Below, piece by piece: positions 19,909 through 27,560 of a DNA stretch of 27,560 nt. Position 1 is the first letter of the stretch; each line of letters opens with the position of its first letter. This DNA is from Thermoanaerobaculia bacterium. Its GTDB lineage: Bacteria; Acidobacteriota; Thermoanaerobaculia; UBA5066. Made by a program: the position numbers and the translations under genes. Location of the stretch: NCBI GenBank assembly GCA_038245905.1, contig JBBRRY010000040.1, positions 1 to 27,560 on the forward strand, in the 5' to 3' direction. A model generated the notes under the pieces. That model was not told the origin of the DNA and did not search any database. It saw only the letters and a list, made by a program, of their open reading frames with translations.

Positions 19909-20177
19909 CCATGATCGGACCGAGCAAGCCGCCCATCAACGTTCAGGACGGTTTCTTCTATCAGTTGCGGAAGGACAACACGCTTGTCGAGGTCATGCTC
20001 ATTTCCGAGAAGAAGCGCGTGGGACGTATCCGGCGCTTCGACAAGTACGCGGTTGTGCTCGACGTGGAGGGGCGCGAGGAGCTGATCTACAAGCATGCCA
20101 TCTCTTCGGTTGCGTCTCTGGGTGGGAATCCGGCAGTGTCACCGGCCGCGGGTACCTTGCGGGCACCGCTGGTTTGA
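19905..20177 (+). CDS. hfq: RNA chaperone Hfq
   Basis: NVQDGFFYQLRK...GRIRRFDKYAVVL...ELIYKHAISS (Sm1/Sm2, YKHAI), directly after miaA. The start could be ATG 19905 or 19911. Confidence 0.93.
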   Translation: MTMIGPSKPPINVQDGFFYQLRKDNTLVEVMLISEKKRVGRIRRFDKYAVVLDVEGREELIYKHAISSVASLGGNPAVSPAAGTLRAPLV

Positions 20178-21205
20178 TCGAGCGGCCTGGTTTCGGAGTC
20201 GTCCCGGGAGTCGTCTTCGTAGTCGCGGCTGCTCTCCTCGGATGCGCCTCGGGGCCGCCTCCCGTCGATCCGTCGTCGCCCGAGGCGCGCGCGGCCGTCC
20301 TCGCGGCACGCGCGGAAGAAGACGCAGCCGCCAGGAGGCTGCGCGACGCGCTGGACGAGTATCGCGAGGCGGCGCGCCTCGTGCCCGGGGACGCCCGCTA
20401 CGGCGAGCGGGTCGCCGAGCTTCGCGCGGAGTCCGTGACGTCTCTCCGTCTGGAGGCCGAGTCGGCCCTCGCGCGCGAGGACCTTGCGGCGGCACGCCGG
20501 GCCGCGCTCGCTCTCGTCGAGGTGGACCCGGATTCGCCGGCGGGATATCACGTGCTCGCCGCGGCCGCGGAGGCGGAAGGAACGCTCGAGGACGCGTGGG
20601 CGGCTGCCTCCGCGGCTCATGCGCGGGCTCCCGCAGATGCCTCCCTGACCGAATCGCTCGCGGCGCTCGCGCTCGAGACGTCGCGTTTCGCCGAGGCAGA
20701 GGCACTCTACGGCGAGCTCGCGAAAGACGACCCGTCCCTGCGCGAGAAGCAGGCGGCCGCGCGGCTGGAGTTTCAGATGCAGAACCTTCCCGCCGCGGCA
20801 CGGAAGGCCGTCGCGGCGCCCCGCATCACCCGCGCCCAGTTCGCGACTCTCCTCTTCACGCTCGTTCCCGAGGTGGCATCCGCCCGCGTGCCGCCGGGCG
20901 GCGACGTGGCGGTCGACGTCATCGACCGCCCGGAGCGCGCGCCCCTCGTCAAGGCGATCGCGCTCGGGTTCTTTTCCGTTGCGCGAGGGACGCACCTCGT
21001 AGGAGCGGACACCTCGGTGGCCCGAAGCGAGATGCCTGGCCATCTCAGGCGCCTGGCGGCGCTTCTCGGGAGCCACGACGAGACGTGCTTCGTCGCGCCC
21101 GCCTCCCTGGCCACCTGCGGCATACTCCCCGAGACGACGTCCCGGCAGATCAGTGGGAGAGAGGCGTTCGCCGCCATCGACGGGACGCTCGGGCTCTCCC
21201 GCTAG
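20174..21205 (+). CDS. Lipoprotein with TPR-like repeats and C-terminal SLH-like motifs (343 aa)
   Basis: TTG at 20174 (TTGA overlap with the hfq stop) gives MIERPGFGVVPGVVFVVAAALLGC (lipobox). Ala-rich TPR-like helices (DALDEYREAARLVP, VDPDSPAGY). ITRAQFATLL, VARSEM and ISGREA are SLH-like. Confidence 0.75.
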   Translation: MIERPGFGVVPGVVFVVAAALLGCASGPPPVDPSSPEARAAVLAARAEEDAAARRLRDALDEYREAARLVPGDARYGERVAELRAESVTSLRLEAESALAREDLAAARRAALALVEVDPDSPAGYHVLAAAAEAEGTLEDAWAAASAAHARAPADASLTESLAALALETSRFAEAEALYGELAKDDPSLREKQAAARLEFQMQNLPAAARKAVAAPRITRAQFATLLFTLVPEVASARVPPGGDVAVDVIDRPERAPLVKAIALGFFSVARGTHLVGADTSVARSEMPGHLRRLAALLGSHDETCFVAPASLATCGILPETTSRQISGREAFAAIDGTLGLSR

Positions 21206-21218
21206 AGGAGGGTCATCC

Positions 21219-21917
21219 ATGGTGATCACGGAGCTCTTCTCGAGGGTCCCTCTCTTCGAGGGAGTCTCGGCGGAAGACCGGGCCGCGCTCGCCCGCGCTG
21301 CGACGCTACGCACATACCGGCGCGGCGAGACGATCGTGCAGCAGGGCCAGCCCGGGGACGCGTTCTACGTGCTCGTTCGGGGCCGCGTCGCGGTCGCGAT
21401 CGTCGCGCCGGACGGGCGCGAGGTCGTGCTCAATACCCTCGGTGAAGGCGACCACTTTGGCGAGATGGCTCTTCTCGACGATGCGCCCAGGTCGGCGAGC
21501 GTCATCGCCCAGGAGAAATCCGACCTCGCGATCCTGTCGCGCGCCGTCTTCCTGGATCTCCTGAAATCGAATTTCGTCCTCACGCGCGCGCTCCTCGCGG
21601 CCTTCTCGGCGCGGTTGCGCCGCGCGAATGCCACGATCGAGGGCCTCGCATCGCTCGACGTGAAGAGCCGGCTCGCGCGGTATTTCCGCGAGCTCGCCGC
21701 CACGCGCGGGCGAAAAGCCGGCGGCGGGTGGTCCGTCGTCGTTCGCCCCTCTCAGCGCGAGATCGCTGACACGATCGGGTCTTCGCGCGAGACGGTCTCC
21801 CGCACGATGACGCAGATGGCAGCGGAGCAGCTCATCGTCCCGAAGGGCAAGGCGGTCTACGTCAAGCTCGACCCGGCGGACACCGCCCCGCCCGGCGGGC
21901 CCGCCACGGCGGGCTGA
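21219..21917 (+). CDS. Crp/Fnr family transcriptional regulator (cAMP-binding type), 232 aa
   Basis: GAGGAGG RBS, ATG 21219. FGEMALLDDAPRSAS cNMP motif and HTH SQREIADTIGSSRETVSR. Confidence 0.95.
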   Translation: MVITELFSRVPLFEGVSAEDRAALARAATLRTYRRGETIVQQGQPGDAFYVLVRGRVAVAIVAPDGREVVLNTLGEGDHFGEMALLDDAPRSASVIAQEKSDLAILSRAVFLDLLKSNFVLTRALLAAFSARLRRANATIEGLASLDVKSRLARYFRELAATRGRKAGGGWSVVVRPSQREIADTIGSSRETVSRTMTQMAAEQLIVPKGKAVYVKLDPADTAPPGGPATAG

Positions 21918-21927
21918 GTCCCTGGCC

Positions 21928-22524
21928 ATGGAACTTCGCCCCTGGACGCTGCCGAACTTCCTGACGTTCGCGCGGCTCGCCTCGCTCCCGTTCCTCGTGA
22001 TGGCGATCCTCGACGGACGGCACGGTGTCGCATTGGCGATCTTTCTCGTGGCGGCGGTGACCGACATTGTGGACGGGTATGTCGCCCGGCGCTTCGGGAT
22101 GGGCTCTCCTCTTGGCGCTTGGCTCGATCCCATCGTCGACAAGCTTTTCCTCGTGTCGACGTTCGTGGTTTTCGCCCTGCCGTCGACCCCGACCCAGCTC
22201 CACATCCCGATCTGGCTTCTCGTGCTGACGATCTTCCGCGACGTGTTCATCCTCGTGATCTGCCTCGTCCTGTTTCTCGCGCTCGGTATGCGCAACTTTC
22301 CGCCGTCGATCCTCGGGAAGCTCACGACGTTTCTCGAGATCTCGACCGTGGTTGCGATCCTGCTCGTGAACGTCCATCGCCTGCCGGAGGTGGTCGCCCG
22401 CGTCTGCATGCAGCTCGTCGCGGTGTTCGCGACGGCGTCCGGTCTCCATTACTCGTGGCGGGTCGTGACGCGGCTGCCGCGTCCGGCGGCGGCGGGCGGT
22501 GCGCCTCCCGTTCCTCCCGCGTGA
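21928..22524 (+). CDS. CDP-alcohol phosphatidyltransferase (PgsA / cardiolipin synthase-like)
   Basis: TLPNFLTFAR and DIVDGYVARRFGMGSPLGAWLDPIVDK (DxxDGxxAR...GxxLDxxxD). Confidence 0.95.
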   Translation: MELRPWTLPNFLTFARLASLPFLVMAILDGRHGVALAIFLVAAVTDIVDGYVARRFGMGSPLGAWLDPIVDKLFLVSTFVVFALPSTPTQLHIPIWLLVLTIFRDVFILVICLVLFLALGMRNFPPSILGKLTTFLEISTVVAILLVNVHRLPEVVARVCMQLVAVFATASGLHYSWRVVTRLPRPAAAGGAPPVPPA

Positions 22525-22790
22525 GGCCCCCGTGCGCGGGCAGGGGCACGCCTCCCGCGCTCCGCCTCCTGTCCCGCCCCGGATGCCACCTTTGCGACGA
22601 GATGCGCGCCGTCGTTTCGCCGCTCGTGACGAGCCTCGGCGGGACGCTCGAGACGGTGGACGTGGACTCCGACCCGGTTCTCTCGGCGCGGTGGGGAAAC
22701 GAGATCCCCGTGCTGCTCGACAGAGAGGGGAGGGTTCTCGCGAAAGTCCGGGACAGCGGCGCCGAGATCGCGCGGCGGCTCGGCGCCTGA
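22521..22790 (+). CDS. Glutaredoxin-like protein (DUF836 type), about 89 aa
   Basis: GTG at 22521 (GTGA overlap). LLSRPGCHLCDEM...VDVDSDPVLSARWGNEIPVL. Confidence 0.85.
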   Translation: MRPPCAGRGTPPALRLLSRPGCHLCDEMRAVVSPLVTSLGGTLETVDVDSDPVLSARWGNEIPVLLDREGRVLAKVRDSGAEIARRLGA

Positions 22791-22814
22791 CATCGACAAT
22801 GCTTCGTCCATAAT
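22787..22814 (+). promoter_or_regulatory. Candidate sigma70-type promoter for the RND efflux operon
   Basis: CTGACA (22787-22792), 16-nt spacer, CATAAT (22809-22814). GGAG RBS at 22861-22864 before ATG 22872. Confidence 0.5.
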
Positions 22815-22871
22815 CATCGGTCGTGGGCCAGGCCCTGAAGCACTCGATTACCTGAGAGCCGGAGAACGTTC

Positions 22872-24026
22872 ATGAGCAACGAGAGCGCCGCAGCAGCCGA
22901 CCCTTCCCCGAGTCACCGGACGCGCAACATCGTCGTCGTGGTGGCGGGCGTGCTCGTCGTCGCGGCCTCAGCGCGCACCGTCCTGAAATCGTCCGGCAAG
23001 TCCGGGCCCCGGCAGGAGGTCGTGCCCGTCACCGCGGCCGCCGTGCAGCAGAGATCCGTCCCGCTGACGACGAAGGCGATTGGCAACGTCGAGGCGTTCT
23101 CCACGGTCGCGATCCGCGCACTCGTCTCGGGCGAGCTCGGAAAGATCAACTTCCGGCAGGGCCAGGACGTGACGAAGGGCGACCTCCTCTTCACGATCGA
23201 CCCGCGCCCGCTCCAGGCGGCGCTCGACCAGGCCGTGGGCACGCTCGCGAAGGACAAGTCGCAGCTCGCGAACGCCCACGCGCTCGAGATTCGCTGGAAG
23301 AAGCTCTTCGACCAAGGGATCGCCTCCAAGGAGGACTGGGACCAGTACCGGACCAGCGCCGACACGTCTGCCGGGCTCGTCGCGGCCGACGAGGCTGCCG
23401 TCGAGAGCGCGCGGGTCCAGCTCTCGTTCGCGACGATCCGCTCGCCGATCAGTGGGATGACGGGCAACCTCCTCGTTTACGAGGGGAACCTCGTGAAGGC
23501 GAACGACACGACGCCACTCGTCACGATCACGCAGGCGACGCCGATCTACGTTACGTTTTCCGTGCCCGAGGGCGAGCTCGCGAAGGTGAACCGCGCGCGC
23601 GCCGCGGGGCCCGTGCGGGTCGAGGCCGCGCTTCCGAGCGACGAGGCCCATCCCGTCGTGGGCGTCCTCTCGTTCGTGGACAACTCCATCGACTCGACGA
23701 CCGGGACGATCCGGCTCAAGGCGACGTTCGACAACCCGGAGCGGCGCCTCTGGCCCGGCCAGTTCGTCAAGGTCACGATCACGACGGGCGTCGAGGCGAA
23801 CGCGCTCGTCGTTCCCTCGCAGGCCGTCCAGACGGGGCAGGACGGCCCGTACGTCTACGTCGTGAAGGACGATCTGACGGTCGAGCCGCGGCCCGTAAAG
23901 CCCGGCGCGTCGACGGAAGGCGTCATCGTGATCACGAAGGGCCTCGCGGCCGGCGATCGCGTCGTCACGGACGGTCAGCTGCGTCTCTTCCCGGGCGCGA
24001 AGGTCGAGCTCAAGACCAAAGGATGA
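22872..24026 (+). CDS. mdtA: RND efflux periplasmic adaptor subunit (MdtA-like)
   Basis: N-terminal anchor, GQDVTKGDLLFTIDPRP, IRSPISG, DNSIDSTTGTIRLKATFDN, LWPGQFV and VVTDGQ. Confidence 0.9.
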   Translation: MSNESAAAADPSPSHRTRNIVVVVAGVLVVAASARTVLKSSGKSGPRQEVVPVTAAAVQQRSVPLTTKAIGNVEAFSTVAIRALVSGELGKINFRQGQDVTKGDLLFTIDPRPLQAALDQAVGTLAKDKSQLANAHALEIRWKKLFDQGIASKEDWDQYRTSADTSAGLVAADEAAVESARVQLSFATIRSPISGMTGNLLVYEGNLVKANDTTPLVTITQATPIYVTFSVPEGELAKVNRARAAGPVRVEAALPSDEAHPVVGVLSFVDNSIDSTTGTIRLKATFDNPERRLWPGQFVKVTITTGVEANALVVPSQAVQTGQDGPYVYVVKDDLTVEPRPVKPGASTEGVIVITKGLAAGDRVVTDGQLRLFPGAKVELKTKG

Positions 24027-27000
24027 GCATCACCGAGCCCTTCATCCGGCGGCCCGTCATGACGACGCTCGTCATGGCGGGCATCCTCCTGTTCGGCGCG
24101 ATCGGATTCCGATCGCTGCCCGTCAGCGACCTCCCGAACGTGGACTTCCCGACGATCCAGGTGACCGCGAGCCTTCCGGGGGCCAGTCCCGAGACGATGG
24201 CCGCGTCCGTCGCGACACCCCTCGAGCGGCAGTTCTCCGCGATCGCGGGCCTCGACTCGATCAACTCGACGAGCTCGCAAGGCACGACGCAGGTCACACT
24301 CCAGTTCGCGCTCGACCGCAACATCGACGCGGCCTCGCAGGACGTCCAGACGGCGATCGCCGCGGCCGCACGCCAGCTTCCGCCGGGGATGCCCTCGCCC
24401 CCGACGCTCAAGAAGGTCAACCCGGCCGACCAGCCGGTCCTCTACCTCGTCCTCTCGTCGCCGACGATGGAGCTCACGGCGGTCGACGAGGTCGCCGAGA
24501 CGCTCATTGCGCAGCGCCTCTCGACGATCTCGGGTGTCGCCCAGGTCCAGGTGACGGGCGCGCAGAAGTTCGCGGTGCGAGCCAGGCTCGACCCGTCGAA
24601 GCTCGCAGCCCGCGGGATCGGCATCGACGAGGTCGCGACCGCCATCCAGCGGCAGAACTCGAACCTGCCGGTCGGGACGCTCTACGGCGTCCACCAGTCC
24701 CTCACGGTGCAGGCGAACGGTCAGCTCTTCGACGCGGCCGCGTACCGGACGATGATCGTCGCGTACCGCAACGGCTCGCCGGTGGCCCTCGGGGACCTCG
24801 GGCAGGTCGTGGACGGCGTCGAGAACGACCGGATCGGGAACTGGTATGACGACCGGCAGGTCATCACGCTCGCGATCCAGCGCCAGCCTGGCTCGAACAC
24901 GATCGCCGTCGTGGACGCCATCAAGGCGAAGCTTCCGTCTCTGAGGTCGCAGCTCCCCGGCGCTCTCCGGCTCGACGTCCTCTTCGACCGTTCCGTCCCG
25001 ATACGCGAGTCCGTCCACGATGTCGAGTTCACGCTCGTTCTCACGATCGCCCTCGTCGTCCTCGTGATCTTCCTGTTCCTGCGGAACGTGCGCGCGACTC
25101 TCATCCCGAGCCTCGCGGTCCCGGCCTCCATCGTCGGCACGTTCGCGGTGATGTCGATCCTGAACTTCTCCCTCGACAACCTCTCGCTCATGGCCCTCAC
25201 GCTCTCGGTCGGGTTCGTCGTCGATGACGCGATCGTCATGCTCGAGAACATCGTTCGCCGGATGGAAGGGGGGGAGGATCCGCTGACGGCCGCCCTCAAG
25301 GGCGGTAAGGAAATCGGCTTCACGATCCTCTCGATGACGATTTCGCTCGTCGCGGTCTTCATCCCGGTCCTCTTCATGGGCGGGCTCCTCGGGCGGCTCT
25401 TCAAGGAGTTCGCGGTCACGATCAGCGTCGCGATCCTCGTTTCGGGCTTCGTCTCGCTCACCCTGACGCCGATGCTCTGCAGCCGGTTCCTGAAGGCCTC
25501 CCATGTCGCGAGCGAGGGGCGCTTCTTCCGCGCGACGGAGCGGGTCTTCACGGCCTGGCTCGGCCTCTACGAGCGCACGCTCGGGTGGATCCTCGAGCGC
25601 CAGCGGGCCACGCTGCTCGTGTCCGGGGCCCTGCTCGCCGTCACGGGGCTCCTTTTCGTCGTGATTCCGAAAGGGTTCCTCTCGAGCGACGACACGGGGC
25701 AGTTCATCGGCTACACGGAGGGACCGCCGGGCGTTTCGTTCGCGGAGATGGCACGCCACCAGAAGGAGGTCGCGGATCTCATCCGCAAGGAGCCGGCCGT
25801 GCGCGGGGTTTCGTCGACCGTCGGCGCGAGCGACGCGAGCCCTGCAGGGAACTCCGGGAGCCTCCTCGTCCTCCTCAAACCGCGGAGCCAGCGCAAGCAG
25901 GGCGTCGACGAGCTCATCGAGGAGCTGCGCCCGAAGCTTGCGGCCGTCTCGGGCATCAAGGTCTTTTTGCAGAACCCTCCGTCGGTTTCGATCGGCGGCC
26001 AGGTCACGCGAAGCCCCTATCAGATCACGCTGCAGGGCTCCGACCGCGCCGAGCTCGCGCGCGACACGGAGGCCCTCGAGGCGAAAGTCAAGACCCTGCC
26101 CGGCCTCGTCGACGTCACGACGGACCTCCAGAACAAGAACCCGCAGCTCGCGGTCACGATCGACCGCGACAAGGCCTCCGCGCTGGGCCTGACGGCCTCG
26201 CAGGTGGAGGACGCGCTCAACAACTCCTACGGCACGCGTCAGGTCTCGACGATCTACACGTCCACGAACGAATACCAGGTCATCCTCGAGCTCCTCCCCG
26301 AGTACCAGACGAACCCCGCGGCCCTGTCGCTCCTCTACGTCCGGAACGCGGCCGGAACGCTGATTCCGCTCTCGTCCGTCGCGCGCTTCGACGAGAACGC
26401 CGGCCCGCTGGCCGTGAACCACCTTGGACAGGTCCCCTCGGCAACGCTCTCGTTCAACGTCGGGCGGGGCGTGGCGCTCGGCGACGCGACGGCGCGCGTG
26501 AGGAAGGCGGCGAACGAAATCCTCCCGCTCACGATCCCGGCCACGTTCCAGGGGACGGCGCAGGTCTTCCAGTCGTCCATCGGCGGCCTCGCGTTCCTGC
26601 TCGTGATCGCGATCCTCGTGATCTACCTCGTCCTCGGGATCCTGTACGAGAGCTTCATCCACCCGCTCACGATCCTGTCGGGGCTCCCCTCGGCGGGCCT
26701 CGGCGCCCTCGTCACGCTCCTTCTCTTCGGCAAGGACCTCAACGTCTACGGGTTCGTCGGGCTCATCATGCTGGTCGGCATCGTCGAGAAGAACGCGATC
26801 ATGATGATCGACTTCGCGATCGAGGCCGCGCGCACGGAGGGGAAGGGGCCAGCCGAGGCGATCCGCCGGGCCGCGGTCGTGCGGTTCCGCCCGATCATGA
26901 TGACGACGATGGCGGCACTCATGGGCACGCTGCCGATCGCGCTCGGAATCGGCGCCGGTGCCGAATCGCGCCAGCCTCTCGGCCTCGCGGTCGTGGGCGG

Positions 27001-27136
27001 CCTTCTCGTCTCTCAGGTCCTCACGCTGTACCTCACGCCCGTCGTCTACATCGCATTCGACTCGCTCCAGGCGAAGCTCACGCCCGCGCCGCTCCCGGAC
27101 CTTCCGGAGGACGCCGAGCCGGAGCCCGCGGCGTGA
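24023..27136 (+). CDS. RND efflux permease (MdtB/MdtC-like, AcrB family), 1037 aa
   Basis: [41 protein letters not shown] and RFRPIMMTT. Confidence 0.95.
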   Translation: MSITEPFIRRPVMTTLVMAGILLFGAIGFRSLPVSDLPNVDFPTIQVTASLPGASPETMAASVATPLERQFSAIAGLDSINSTSSQGTTQVTLQFALDRNIDAASQDVQTAIAAAARQLPPGMPSPPTLKKVNPADQPVLYLVLSSPTMELTAVDEVAETLIAQRLSTISGVAQVQVTGAQKFAVRARLDPSKLAARGIGIDEVATAIQRQNSNLPVGTLYGVHQSLTVQANGQLFDAAAYRTMIVAYRNGSPVALGDLGQVVDGVENDRIGNWYDDRQVITLAIQRQPGSNTIAVVDAIKAKLPSLRSQLPGALRLDVLFDRSVPIRESVHDVEFTLVLTIALVVLVIFLFLRNVRATLIPSLAVPASIVGTFAVMSILNFSLDNLSLMALTLSVGFVVDDAIVMLENIVRRMEGGEDPLTAALKGGKEIGFTILSMTISLVAVFIPVLFMGGLLGRLFKEFAVTISVAILVSGFVSLTLTPMLCSRFLKASHVASEGRFFRATERVFTAWLGLYERTLGWILERQRATLLVSGALLAVTGLLFVVIPKGFLSSDDTGQFIGYTEGPPGVSFAEMARHQKEVADLIRKEPAVRGVSSTVGASDASPAGNSGSLLVLLKPRSQRKQGVDELIEELRPKLAAVSGIKVFLQNPPSVSIGGQVTRSPYQITLQGSDRAELARDTEALEAKVKTLPGLVDVTTDLQNKNPQLAVTIDRDKASALGLTASQVEDALNNSYGTRQVSTIYTSTNEYQVILELLPEYQTNPAALSLLYVRNAAGTLIPLSSVARFDENAGPLAVNHLGQVPSATLSFNVGRGVALGDATARVRKAANEILPLTIPATFQGTAQVFQSSIGGLAFLLVIAILVIYLVLGILYESFIHPLTILSGLPSAGLGALVTLLLFGKDLNVYGFVGLIMLVGIVEKNAIMMIDFAIEAARTEGKGPAEAIRRAAVVRFRPIMMTTMAALMGTLPIALGIGAGAESRQPLGLAVVGGLLVSQVLTLYLTPVVYIAFDSLQAKLTPAPLPDLPEDAEPEPAA

Positions 27137-27560
27137 GCGGAGGCGGCCCCAAGCCGGTCCAGGCGAACGTCTCGGGACTCTTCATCCGAAGGCCCGTCAT
27201 GACGACGCTCGTCATGGCGGGCCTGTTCCTCTTCGGCGCGATCGGGTACCTTTCGCTCCCGGTCGCGGATCTCCCGAAAGTCGACTTTCCGACGATCCAC
27301 GTGAGTGCGAGCCTCCCCGGCGCGAGTCCGGAGACGATGGCCTCCGCCGTCGCGACGCCGCTCGAGCGGCAGTTCTCGGGGATCGCCGGGATCGACTCCA
27401 TGAACTCGACGTCGAGCCAGGGCTCGACGTCGATCACACTGCAGTTCTCCCTGGATCGCAACATCGACGCCGCCGCGCAGGACGTGCAGACGGCGATCGC
27501 GGCGACGCTCTCGCAGCTCCCGCCGTCCATGCCGACCCCTCCGAATCTGCACAAGGTGAA
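27133..27560 (+). CDS. Second RND efflux permease (MdtB/MdtC-like), partial, runs off the window
   Basis: GTG at 27133 (GTGA overlap) gives [30 protein letters not shown]...[26 protein letters not shown]. Not in the ORF track because there is no stop in the window. Confidence 0.92.
   Translation, partial: MSGGGPKPVQANVSGLFIRRPVMTTLVMAGLFLFGAIGYLSLPVADLPKVDFPTIHVSASLPGASPETMASAVATPLERQFSGIAGIDSMNSTSSQGSTSITLQFSLDRNIDAAAQDVQTAIAATLSQLPPSMPTPPNLHKV

Overview
GC-rich (roughly 70% by eye) chromosomal core region. The HU-type protein, the birA-linked hypothetical protein and the RomR-like regulator suggest Acidobacteriota, possibly Thermoanaerobaculia-like (inference). Left arm (- strand): an MshEN/GspE-N domain protein, HU/IHF, a site-2 protease and a small exported protein, whose stop codon abuts a probable IS end at the window edge. 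Right arm (+ strand, 3347 onward) is one densely overlapping run: B12-binding mutase small subunit, leucine-degradation cluster (MCC beta, LEA14 protein, methylglutaconyl-CoA hydratase, split MCC alpha, HMG-CoA lyase), RomR-like response regulator, valS, birA, DnaD-like protein, RlmD-type methyltransferase, comEC, miaA, hfq, TPR/SLH lipoprotein, Crp/Fnr regulator, CDP-alcohol phosphatidyltransferase, glutaredoxin-like protein and an MdtABC-type RND efflux cluster (truncated). I found no CRISPR array, rRNA or tRNA. The most unusual signals are: a recurrent AT-rich DNA motif (RATYTCTTC[GA], up to 21/22 bp identical) inside unrelated genes on both strands; a RomR/PopZ-like protein directly before valS; a DnaD-like gene with a probable CTG start; and candidate leaderless promoters.
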